64,000 bases of DNA, taken from Candidatus Sediminicultor quintus (lineage in GTDB: Bacteria > Atribacterota > Phoenicimicrobiia > Phoenicimicrobiales > Phoenicimicrobiaceae). The translations under genes and the position numbers were made by a program. Shown piece by piece: positions 51,855 through 60,814 of this stretch; position 1 is the first letter of the stretch, and each line of letters begins with the position of its first letter. The notes beneath the pieces were generated by a model, which was not told the DNA's origin, did not search any database, and saw nothing but the letters and a program-made list of their open reading frames with translations. The stretch covers positions 3,606-67,605 of the forward strand of contig MEYH01000022.1 in NCBI GenBank assembly GCA_001773955.1, written 5' to 3'.

Positions 51855-52877
51855 TCAGTCTTTGTAGTTTTCCTTAAATTTAAGTACAAGATCCAATGTC
51901 CCTGTGGGCCAGATTTTACCTTCTTTATCGAATTCCTGATAAATATCGCTTCCGAGCTTTGCCTGAATAGAGGCAACATCAATGTCAACATATGTCATTT
52001 TACTGGATAGAAAAGCCATTACTTCTTCAACCGAATCTGCTATTATTTTAGCTTCCAAATCCGTTGCTTCTTTTGCAGCATCTTTCATGATTTTCTTCTG
52101 GTTATCGGACATCTGGTTCCAAATTTTATCGCTCATGAAAATTGCGCCCACGTCTCTAATATAATCGGTCTTCATGAAGTGGGTCTGAACCTCATAGAAA
52201 CTACTACTTTTCATAGTAAAGAAGTTATTCTCCTGGGCATCTGCTACGCCTGTTTTTAAAGACATGTAAAGGTCAGCAAAAGGAATAACTACAGGAACAG
52301 CTCCAAGCTTCTTCATAATTGCCTGAACTATTGGAGCCTCAGCGGTTCTAATTTTTAGACCTTTAAAATCATCGGCATTTTTGATTGCCCTGTTTGCTGA
52401 AAGTTGCCGGGGAACTAACTCACCGTTTGCAATAAGTAAACGAACGCCCGATGAGGTTGAGCCCTCTTCAAACCGCCTCTGAATTTCAGGGGAATCAATG
52501 AAAGACTGGAGCTCTTGGTTATCTTTCCAAAGGAAAGGAGCTGATGTAATATTAAGCCATCTTAAATCGGAAAGCCAGGAATAGCAGGATAAGGTGTTAT
52601 AAAGCATGTCAACAGTACCGTCGATCATGCCACTGAGAAGATCGTTTAAATTACCGAGAACACTGTTAGTAAAGGTATTTACTACTATTGTGCCATTAGA
52701 ATCCTTCTTCACTTTCTCTGCGAACAACTCCATTGCCTTACTAGCAGGGTCTTCATCATTCTTAATACCAGCCAATTTTAGAGTGAAGGTCTTTTCGGCA
52801 GCCGACGATGAGCAAATACCGAACATGAACATTGTAGCCAAACTAATTACTAATACCAAAGCAATTATTTTTTTCAT
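51855..52877 (-). CDS. dctP: TRAP transporter substrate-binding lipoprotein DctP
   Basis: Lipoprotein signal …MFGICSSS and DctP family length and composition. Confidence 0.85.
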   Translation of the reverse strand: MKKIIALVLVISLATMFMFGICSSSAAEKTFTLKLAGIKNDEDPASKAMELFAEKVKKDSNGTIVVNTFTNSVLGNLNDLLSGMIDGTVDMLYNTLSCYSWLSDLRWLNITSAPFLWKDNQELQSFIDSPEIQRRFEEGSTSSGVRLLIANGELVPRQLSANRAIKNADDFKGLKIRTAEAPIVQAIMKKLGAVPVVIPFADLYMSLKTGVADAQENNFFTMKSSSFYEVQTHFMKTDYIRDVGAIFMSDKIWNQMSDNQKKIMKDAAKEATDLEAKIIADSVEEVMAFLSSKMTYVDIDVASIQAKLGSDIYQEFDKEGKIWPTGTLDLVLKFKENYKD

Positions 52878-53055
52878 TTTGTTTTCCTCCCAAAAAATAT
52901 TTTGTGCTCAATGGTGTTAATATAAAATACATAAAATGCTTCAATATTAAACTCCCATTAAGCTCCGAAATCTGCATCTAAAATATTTACGCAGTTTTTT
53001 TGCTAAATTCATCTAAAATACTCATAAATTTTAGGATGAATCTGCGAATCTACAT

Positions 53056-53814
53056 TCAAATTCTACTATTTTCTTCACCTCCTTTATTGTTTTCTATTTT
53101 AATAAATTTCTCTCCCTTGTGGCTTTCAACCCAGGCCATTGCCTCTGCAAAATGTTCTTCCAGTCTTTTTTGGGCTAAACGGGAATCTCTCTTTTCGATT
53201 GCTTCGAGCAGTAATTTATGCTGACGTATAAATGAATTTTTATCTTTGGTTTTGTATCTGTGAAGTAAAACAAGATTTCTTTGAACGGTGGAAAAGATTT
53301 TAATTAAATTAATGAGTAAAGAATTATTAGAATTTTTATAAAGAGTACAGTGAAATTGAGAATGGGTTTCTACTAATTCCTTTTCTTCGAAATTACTAAG
53401 TACCTGGAATTCAAGCTTTTCTAGGATCTCTTTGGACTGAGCGATATTTTCTTTGGTAAATTTATTTATATCTTTACCGATAAACCAGGATTCTAAACAA
53501 AACCTAACCTCTAAAATTTCTTGAAAATTTTTTATATCCATTTCTAAATTATAAGGGAGACCTTTAAGGATAGCCTCAAAATTAAATTCTCTTATAAACC
53601 GGCCCACTCCTGGTCTTACTTCAATTATACCTAAAGTTTCCAATCTTTTAAGAGCTTCTCTAATTGCTGTTCGGCTTATTCCTAATCTTTCGGCCAAGTC
53701 ATACTCTGTGGGGAAGGGATCACCGCTTTTCATTCCGTTTTCAATGATGTAAAGCTTGAGCTGTTCCTGGATTAATCCTTGCAAATCTTGAGTCTTTAGA
53801 TTTTTCAATTCCAT
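53056..53814 (-). CDS. GntR family regulator (FadR/FCD subfamily)
   Basis: N-terminal GntR HTH (DLAERLGISRTAIREALKRLE) and C-terminal FCD domain. Confidence 0.85.
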   Translation of the reverse strand: MELKNLKTQDLQGLIQEQLKLYIIENGMKSGDPFPTEYDLAERLGISRTAIREALKRLETLGIIEVRPGVGRFIREFNFEAILKGLPYNLEMDIKNFQEILEVRFCLESWFIGKDINKFTKENIAQSKEILEKLEFQVLSNFEEKELVETHSQFHCTLYKNSNNSLLINLIKIFSTVQRNLVLLHRYKTKDKNSFIRQHKLLLEAIEKRDSRLAQKRLEEHFAEAMAWVESHKGEKFIKIENNKGGEENSRI

Positions 53815-53915
53815 TTATTTCCACCTCAATATTGGTTGTACGATGTATGACATCTTAATCATAACAAAAAAATATTCTTTGTCAAATATTTTTTCTTTTT
53901 TGCTAAAAATTTATT

Positions 53916-53938
53916 TATGGGGTCAGGTCTTGGAATAT
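53916..53938. repeat. Solo copy of the MITE terminal repeat
   Basis: TATGGGGTCAGGTCTTGGAATAT, 22 of 23 identical to 46357-46379. It overlaps the last codons and the stop of the 53923-54834 gene. Confidence 0.5.
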
Positions 53939-54834
53939 GACTTTTCCTCTTCCTCCTTATCTCTCAGCCAGATATTTGCTGCCTCAGGACTCTCCTGCCT
54001 TGGTAATAACCTAATGGCATTGTTTGGGCATTTCGCCCTACACAAGCCACACCCGAAACACCTGGTGGGATCGATATACACCTTAGAAAGCGCAGATGAG
54101 TAAAACTGAGCCCCGAACTGACATTGACTCATACAAGATTTGCACCCTGCACAGAGTTCCAAATCTATCTGGCAGACATACTCTGCCCGGAAGAAGTGAG
54201 GAGCACCTCGCTTCTCAATATACCCCTTGTAGGCTCCACAATCACGATCACAATTACACATACCTACAACATAAGGGGTTACTCCTGTCCAAATGCTATG
54301 TATCAGCCCTTCCTTATCATATTGGCGAAAAATTCTCTTGGTCTCCTCCTGGTCAAGCACCTCCAGGGATGAAGCGGCATCCGGAAACTTACCCAATATA
54401 TTCCATTTATCCATCCCTAGACCGAAACAGTATCGTTTATCTGTCTTTCCTGTGGTAATGAACCGGCATCCACAAGGCATTCTCGTAATAGAGTCTATCA
54501 TATCTATCACTCTTTCAACATCCTCGATGGGCAGTACTTGACCGAAATGTTCGACCTTCCGATGTGCCACCAGCTCATCTTCACTGGGTTGAACCTCAGG
54601 AAGCTCAGTTGATGACGGAACATCTGGTAATCCCTTTTGTGTCTTGGACACCCTGCCAATGGCCGGTATCACAAAAGTCTCCCAGAAGCAATTGTTCCAC
54701 TCGAAACGCGTTGTAGCTCCAACGATGCCCTTTTGAGCGGCAGAAAGCTCCTCATGGAGTAATTCTTCGGCGTAATTCTTCATTTGGAGATACCATTTCT
54801 TCCCCTCGCCGTGTTCAGTACAAAACTCGCACAT
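53923..54834 (-). CDS. Fe-S cluster-binding protein with two 4Fe-4S ferredoxin motifs; paralog of 15082-16356
   Basis: CAGCKSCMSQC and CFGCGLCRAKCP motifs plus a CGCRF…CNCDRDC block; the C-terminal 6 aa and stop are encoded within the repeat. Confidence 0.6.
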   Translation of the reverse strand: MCEFCTEHGEGKKWYLQMKNYAEELLHEELSAAQKGIVGATTRFEWNNCFWETFVIPAIGRVSKTQKGLPDVPSSTELPEVQPSEDELVAHRKVEHFGQVLPIEDVERVIDMIDSITRMPCGCRFITTGKTDKRYCFGLGMDKWNILGKFPDAASSLEVLDQEETKRIFRQYDKEGLIHSIWTGVTPYVVGMCNCDRDCGAYKGYIEKRGAPHFFRAEYVCQIDLELCAGCKSCMSQCQFGAQFYSSALSKVYIDPTRCFGCGLCRAKCPNNAIRLLPRQESPEAANIWLRDKEEEEKSYSKT

Positions 54835-55129
54835 TTTGCCCTCCTTCCGTTACAAAAGTAAGCGAATAGATTAAGCCCCTCGATCCTCCAATATAGGTTT
54901 TCTCAAAGTTTTCTCCTCTTCGCTTTTCTGCAACATTAAGTAATTTTATATATAATATTTTACGAAAATAAGAAATATTTTACTCCTTAACATTAAATTC
55001 TTTCTTATTATTTTATTAAATCAAAACCAAAACATAATTTTTGATTTATTTTAATGCTTCTGTAACTTTCTTCTGAAAATCTTCTTAATTTAAATACACA
55101 TCCTATTTTTTCTATTGTTTAGCGTTCCA

Positions 55130-55650
55130 TTTTACAAGGTCTTCCGTTAGGAAGTCTATCTATGACAATACCTGAAGTCCCAACCCTCTTGATAAGAAAC
55201 TACTCAGCTTCTATAGGTTGTCACGGTAGGACAGCCAGTTACCTGACTGCCCCCGCACAAATCCCAGCGTGCGGAATTACCGCACTGGGCTCTTCAGAAA
55301 TACTCGCTTCCATAGCTGATCCGAATCCCTATAAGCCATCAGTCATCCTCTCTTTTCATCCCTGTAGACTTACCTTATAGTAAGTGAGCTTATAGGGTCT
55401 CCCAAGTTCTTTATATCTCTCTACAGACCTGCCATGTGCCAAGACCTCGACAGACCCTCTTTAGAATCTCGCCATATGCGATTCTTTTGTGTAGGCTTCC
55501 GTTACGGAAACGACGCCGCTGTCTTGCATTAATCTTTATTTACGAGGCTGTATAGTTCACTTTAAGGAAGTACGGCCTTCCTTATGGCCTATCTGTTTCC
55601 CGGTGTACGCTCCTGCCTGCAGCAGACAGGTCATCTAATGGTTACCCATT
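55130..55650 (+). ncRNA. Candidate large structured non-coding RNA of unknown class
   Basis: About 520-nt ORF-free core with clearly higher GC than its flanks and many local and long-range complementary segments (for example cccagcgtgcgg/ccgcactggg and ccctataagc/gcttataggg). The strand is uncertain; a + strand terminator lies at 56005-56030. Confidence 0.3.
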
Positions 55651-55949
55651 TTGATGCAACACTCCATTAGACTATTAATTAAGAATATATTAAAATAAAT
55701 TAAAGTTTATTAAATTAAATCAGGTACCGAATAAAGAAGGCTGAATAAGTCTATGAACACTCAAAAGAAAAACTTATATTCCGAATAAGACGAAAGCCTT
55801 CTTGATGATTAAAGCTAAATAGTGCTTTCGTCGCTAAAAACGACTATTAATGGAGTAAGCTCATATCATCGTTTATTCGGCCAAGGAAAGGAATATTTAT
55901 TATGAAAAAGAACTTGTTTTTTAGATGTTGCTTACATAATATTCTTAAT

Positions 55950-56297
55950 TTAAAAAATATTTAGCTGGTACATATTCTCTTTATGGTAAAACCATTTGGC
56001 CATTACCACCTTCAAAGAAGGTGGTTTTTTAAGGTTAAATAAATCGTCACTGACTTCTTGACTGACCTTACCCCATTCCTCTTTACCTACCAGTATTTCT
56101 GAGGAATTCAGTCTTGCTCTATCATACTTTTTCGTAAACTCAAGAAGGGCGTTGTCTCCTTCCTTTTTCACTTTTAATATAATTTCTCTTACCTTATCTT
56201 TAATATCCTCTGACAGGTTATCTTCAGAATACTTATGTCTGCAGACCTCTTTTATTTTTTCCTTATTTTCTCTGTTTAAAAAAATGGTCTCTATCAA
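55950..56297 (-). pseudogene. Diverged duplicate of the hisD 5' end (N-terminal fragment of about 90 aa)
   Basis: MIETIFLNRENKEKIKEVCRHKYSEDNLSEDIKDKVREIILKVKKEGDNALLEFTKKYD… is about 60% identical to HisD residues 1-90 and then diverges. The upstream 35 bp also resemble the hisD leader. Confidence 0.6.
56005..56030 (+). terminator. Rho-independent terminator on the + strand
   Basis: ACCACCTTC-AAA-GAAGGTGGT followed by TTTTTT; embedded in the hisD-like fragment. Confidence 0.5.
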
Positions 56298-56447
56298 CTT
56301 TTAATCCATCCCTTCTCTTGCAATATTTCAGATATTTTTTTAGAAATTTATTTTAGACAATCATTCTATTTATCAGTCTCTTTCTCGCATTGGCGCTTTA
56401 TGATATAATCGTTTAATGAAAAAATTAATGAGTTGTTGTAAGGAGTA

Positions 56448-59400
56448 ATGATGGTTACCAGAAAAAATTTCGGGCGTACCTGGTGGGGAAATGCCTGGAT
56501 AGAAGCAATGGCACGAATTGATCACGATACCAACCGCTTGCCCAGAGGCAGAAGTTATGCCAACGGTGGTAGAGTACAAGAGATTCAGATTTGTAACGGT
56601 ATTGTGGAAGCAAAAGTAAAAGGTAGGCAACGAAAACCTTATCAAGTAACAATTTACTTGCAAAAATTTACCCCGGAACAACTTTCGAAAATACAATCCT
56701 GTATCGCCGAAGATCCAGCCTTGGCCTCCGAATTGGCTTTGGGAAAACTACCGGAAGAGATGCTGAATCGGCTTGCTCAGGAAAATATCTCTCTTTTACC
56801 GACTACCTGGCAAGAGCTTAACGCAAACTGCTCCTGTCCCGACTGGGCCAACCCCTGCAAGCACCTCGCTGCAGTCTACTACCTTATTGCCAATGAAGTG
56901 GATAAAAATCCCTTTATTTTGTTTCACCTACGAGGTGTGGAAACCAACACACTAATGCAGGCCGCCGGTTTTGTAGAACCTGTCACGGCTGCTGAAAACG
57001 AAGAAACTTTTATCCCTTATATACAGATAAAAGTTCCCATCAAAGACAATAAAAAGGATAATAAAGTCGAACCCGAGTTTTCTTCAATTTTAAGTTCCCT
57101 TTCTCAAGAAAAGGATAGTGCTGCCATTTTTGCCCTGCTGGAAGAATCTCCTTTGTTTTACCCCGAGGCTAATTTTAAACAGATCCTCTTTAAAGCTTAT
57201 CATAATATAACAAACCATATCAAACAATTACAGCTACTGGAAGAGTTCCCCAGTTGGTCAAAGTCAAATATTTGCCTGCTCGATCCGGGAATTAAGGTCT
57301 ACCACCCCTTGTCCGAAACATCTTTTTTTATTTTTCTTCCCAAAAAAATCTCGGAAGGTTTGGAAGGTCCATCAAAAATAATTACCGTTCCCGAAGACCT
57401 GGGCGGGAAGCTAATTCTAAAAAAGAAAAAGGGAATTCTATTGCCTGCAGCAACCTTAATTGATTACTTTATAAGACTACCACTGCAGCTTTCTTCTGAA
57501 GAGAGCTCCCCTGAGGTAAGATTAATCAGCATCGCGACCACTATAGCCTTAGCCCTGGCCAGGGAATCAGCATTTGTGCCACAGATAAGGAATGACCAAA
57601 AAGGTAACTTTTTTGTGCGTTATATGCCCCTTAACCAGCTGAAAGTCACTGAAAAAGCCCTGGACTTTCTGGCCGGCCTCATTCCGGTAACCTTTCTTTA
57701 TCGAAAAGAAGAAAAATCTCTTCTTATAAGGCGAGATGCCGCCAGGTCTCTTTTATCACTTATTCTGACCTATATTGTGCATCGCTTTGCCGGGATCAAA
57801 GAAAGTAATAAGCTTTGTAACACCTTTTTTAATGGGGACTATTACCCGGTTCAGGACTTTACCGAAAGGCAGACCGCCAGGGTAATTACCAACTGGCTAA
57901 GCATATTAAACTTAAGTGGGAATGAAATTTCCCCGGCAATTAGGATAGAAATACCTCAGGGTAAAAAAACTCTTTTTCAGTTACAGGTGGAGGTAGAAAA
58001 CAAAAAAGATCCCCTCTCCCCACTTCTCCCTTTAGCGGATGTATTTACGACAAAAAAAACTATTTTCTCTCATCCCATTGAAATGGTGCGCTTTACCCTA
58101 GCCCACCAAATTTCTACAGCCTCTACTTATTTCCCGCCTCTAAAAACGGTTCTCAGCAGTAAAGGAAAGAAGTCACCCCTTATCGACCCTCTGGAAGTGG
58201 CCAGATTTATCCAAAATGGCCAACATATCTTTAATATGCTTGGCATACGCGTGATTGTGCCCAAAGAATTAAAAATACTTAGCTCACCTCAGCTGTCTCT
58301 GGCAGCTAAGCTTAAAGCCAGCGAGAAGCAAAACATTTCTTATTTTAACCTGGAAGAAATGTTAACCTTCTCCTGGGAAGTGGCTCTGGGTGATCTTAAA
58401 CTAACGCGAAAAGAATTTCTTCAGCTGGTCAAATCGGCAGCAGGGGTAGTAAAATTCAAAGAGCACTATCTGTTACTTCAGCCTGAAGAAGTAGCGCAAA
58501 TAGTTAAAAAGCTAAACCAACCCTTGCCTAAACTATCTTCTGCAGAAATAATGCAAGCATCACTAACCGGACAAACCGCCAATATTTTTTTTCATTCTGA
58601 TGATAAACTCCGCAAAATGATAGATGAGCTTACCAAGTTCAAAGTGGTCAAACTCCCAAAAAGCCTAAAAGCAGTGCTTCGACCCTACCAGAAGCGAGGT
58701 TTTCAGTGGCTCTACTCTAACGCTGACAAAGGGCTCGGTTCCTGCCTGGCCGATGATATGGGATTGGGTAAAACCATCCAGGCGATTACCCTTATTTTAA
58801 AACTGAAAGAAGAGAAAAAACTGGACCATCCTGCACTGGTAATTTGCCCGACTACCCTGGTCGGTAACTGGCTGAAGGAATGCAACAAATTTGCCCCATC
58901 CTTAAAAGCATTGACATATCACGGACCAGAACGTCAGCTTATTACCTCTCTACCTGTGCGTGTACGCACCTGTCTGCGTGCGTACACGCACAGGCAGGCG
59001 CAGACAGGTCACGCCGATTTAGTCATTACCACATATGGGCTATTGCGCCGTGAAGTTGAAAAATTTAAAAAAAGAAACTGGGATCTTATTATTATTGATG
59101 AAGCTCAAAATATAAAAAATGCAGATAGTAAGCAGACCAAAGCGGTTAAAGCATTAAAAGCCAGGGGCACTATCGCCTTAAGCGGAACGCCGGTAGAAAA
59201 TCGCCTGAGTGAGCTCTGGAGTATTTTTGATTATTTAATCCCAGACTACCTGGGAACCCGGCAGAATTTTATGCGTCGTTTTGCTATGCCCATCGAAAAG
59301 TACCGTGACCAGAGAAAAATCGCCTTATTACAAAAAGCCACCGCTCCTTTTATTATGCGCCGCATGAAGACAGATCGTTCCATCATACAGGATTTACCGG

Positions 59401-60128
59401 ATAAGATAGTAAAAAATGAATACTGTTACCTGAGCAAAGAACAAACTGCTATCTACCAGCGTGTTGTAGATACCAATATACAGGAAATTTCCAATAGTGA
59501 AGGAATCGCGCGCCGGGGACTTGTTTTCAAGTTAATGACCTCTCTAAAACAGATCTGTAACCACCCGGTTCACTATACCAAAAAAGGAACTGTGGTCAAG
59601 GAACATTCGGGTAAAGCAGAGATGACCATTTCTCTACTGAAAAAGATTATATCCGCCAGGGAAAAAGTGCTCTTGTTCACCCAATACAAAGTGATGGGGA
59701 ATCTACTGGTACAACTAATCCAGACAGAACTTCAGATAGTGCCTCTCTTTTTTCACGGCAGCCTCACCCGGAAAAAACGAGAAATGATGATTGAGGATTT
59801 CCAGAACGGCAATTGCTCCCCAATTATGATTATCTCACTGAAAGCAGGAGGCACCGGCCTTAACCTGACCGCCGCAACCAACGTCATCCACTACGACCTT
59901 TGGTGGAACCCTGCCGTAGAAGCACAGGCAACCGACCGTACTCACCGTATCGGCCAAAGCAGGAAGGTATTTGTACACCGGCTTATTACTATCGGTACAT
60001 TTGAAGAAAAAATTGATGAAATGATCAGCGCCAAAAAAGAGTTGGCTGAGTTAACTGTTTCTACCGGTGAAAAATGGCTCAGCGAACTCTCCAACCAGGA
60101 ACTGAAAGAAATATTTAAGCTAAGCTAA
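56448..60128 (+). CDS. SWIM zinc-finger / SNF2-family DNA-dependent ATPase (helicase)
   Basis: N-terminal SWIM CSCPDWANPCKHLAAV; SNF2_N LADDMGLGKTIQAI and DEAQNIKN; helicase-C motif DLWWNPAVEAQATDRTHRIGQ. Confidence 0.9.
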   Translation: MMVTRKNFGRTWWGNAWIEAMARIDHDTNRLPRGRSYANGGRVQEIQICNGIVEAKVKGRQRKPYQVTIYLQKFTPEQLSKIQSCIAEDPALASELALGKLPEEMLNRLAQENISLLPTTWQELNANCSCPDWANPCKHLAAVYYLIANEVDKNPFILFHLRGVETNTLMQAAGFVEPVTAAENEETFIPYIQIKVPIKDNKKDNKVEPEFSSILSSLSQEKDSAAIFALLEESPLFYPEANFKQILFKAYHNITNHIKQLQLLEEFPSWSKSNICLLDPGIKVYHPLSETSFFIFLPKKISEGLEGPSKIITVPEDLGGKLILKKKKGILLPAATLIDYFIRLPLQLSSEESSPEVRLISIATTIALALARESAFVPQIRNDQKGNFFVRYMPLNQLKVTEKALDFLAGLIPVTFLYRKEEKSLLIRRDAARSLLSLILTYIVHRFAGIKESNKLCNTFFNGDYYPVQDFTERQTARVITNWLSILNLSGNEISPAIRIEIPQGKKTLFQLQVEVENKKDPLSPLLPLADVFTTKKTIFSHPIEMVRFTLAHQISTASTYFPPLKTVLSSKGKKSPLIDPLEVARFIQNGQHIFNMLGIRVIVPKELKILSSPQLSLAAKLKASEKQNISYFNLEEMLTFSWEVALGDLKLTRKEFLQLVKSAAGVVKFKEHYLLLQPEEVAQIVKKLNQPLPKLSSAEIMQASLTGQTANIFFHSDDKLRKMIDELTKFKVVKLPKSLKAVLRPYQKRGFQWLYSNADKGLGSCLADDMGLGKTIQAITLILKLKEEKKLDHPALVICPTTLVGNWLKECNKFAPSLKALTYHGPERQLITSLPVRVRTCLRAYTHRQAQTGHADLVITTYGLLRREVEKFKKRNWDLIIIDEAQNIKNADSKQTKAVKALKARGTIALSGTPVENRLSELWSIFDYLIPDYLGTRQNFMRRFAMPIEKYRDQRKIALLQKATAPFIMRRMKTDRSIIQDLPDKIVKNEYCYLSKEQTAIYQRVVDTNIQEISNSEGIARRGLVFKLMTSLKQICNHPVHYTKKGTVVKEHSGKAEMTISLLKKIISAREKVLLFTQYKVMGNLLVQLIQTELQIVPLFFHGSLTRKKREMMIEDFQNGNCSPIMIISLKAGGTGLNLTAATNVIHYDLWWNPAVEAQATDRTHRIGQSRKVFVHRLITIGTFEEKIDEMISAKKELAELTVSTGEKWLSELSNQELKEIFKLS
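58953..58995. repeat. GC-rich perfect 17-bp-stem palindrome inside the SNF2 helicase ORF
   Basis: CCTGTGCGTGTACGCAC-ctgtctgcg-GTGCGTACACGCACAGG, part of a roughly 66-nt block that is about 65% GC and encodes LPVRVRTCLRAYTHRQAQTGHA in frame. Confidence 0.5.
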
Positions 60129-60224
60129 TTCTTCGGGATACCTTTCTCTTGAAATTTGCATGTGGAAGATGTATAATCATTGTAGATACATTTTATAGTT
60201 CATTTTTTGAAAGGAAGGTGCTAT

Positions 60225-60467
60225 ATGCAAACTAAGATTAAAAAATGGGGTAACAGTCTGGCATTACGAATTCCCAAATTATTAGCATTAGATGTAAACC
60301 TAAAGCTAAATGAATTGGTTGATTTATCTATTGATAAGGATAGTATTATTATTACGCCAATCGGCGAAAAAGAATATTCGCTCGAAAAACTTTTAAAAGG
60401 CATTACTAAAAACAATCTTCACGGAGAATTTAACACCGGGGCACCGGTTGGAAAAGAAAACTGGTGA
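60225..60467 (+). CDS. mazE: MazE/AbrB-type antitoxin
   Basis: MQTKIKKWGNSLALRIPK SpoVT/AbrB swapped-hairpin motif; RBS GGAAGG; overlaps mazF by 4 nt. Confidence 0.8.
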   Translation: MQTKIKKWGNSLALRIPKLLALDVNLKLNELVDLSIDKDSIIITPIGEKEYSLEKLLKGITKNNLHGEFNTGAPVGKENW

Positions 60468-60814
60468 TGGCGGGCAATTTTATTCCGCATAGAGGTGATG
60501 TGGTTTGGATAGATATGCAGCCTCAAGCCGGCCATGAACAATCCGGAAGACGTCCGGCAATCGTTCTGTCGCCAAAATCTTATAATGGTAAAGTTGGCCT
60601 GGCCTTATTGTGTCCGATAACCAACCAAATAAAAGGATATCCTTTTGAAGTTATTATTCCATCCAGATTAAGGGTAGTAGGGGTTGTTTTATCAGATCAG
60701 GTAAAAAGCCTTGATTGGAAAATTAGAAATGCCGAATTCTGTGATAAAGTACCTGAGACTGTGGTTTTGGAAATATTTAAAAAACTTGAGACACTGCTAA
60801 ATTTTGATAGGTAG
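60464..60814 (+). CDS. mazF: MazF/PemK family endoribonuclease toxin
   Basis: 116-aa PemK-like protein (GDVVWIDMQPQAGHEQSGRRPAIVLSP). Confidence 0.85.
   Translation: MMAGNFIPHRGDVVWIDMQPQAGHEQSGRRPAIVLSPKSYNGKVGLALLCPITNQIKGYPFEVIIPSRLRVVGVVLSDQVKSLDWKIRNAEFCDKVPETVVLEIFKKLETLLNFDR

Noticed and set aside
55162-55380. 72-aa + strand ORF inside the GC-rich non-coding core
   Set aside because: Its translation (MTIPEVPTLLIRNYSASIGCHGRTASYLTAPAQ…) has no protein-like features or RBS. ORFs arise by chance in GC-richer structured RNA, so it is interpreted as part of the candidate ncRNA.
55130-55650. Tested whether the structured GC-rich region is RNase P RNA, tmRNA, SRP RNA, a cobalamin riboswitch or a group II intron
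   Set aside because: None of the diagnostic signatures is present on either strand: GGAAAGUCC / ACAGAANNCGGCUUA for RNase P; a GGGG…UUCGAC 5' end, tag ORF and T-arm with CCA for tmRNA; the GGAAGCAG SRP domain IV; the GCCACUG B12 box; or a GNRA-capped domain V hairpin. It is left as unassigned rather than naming a family.
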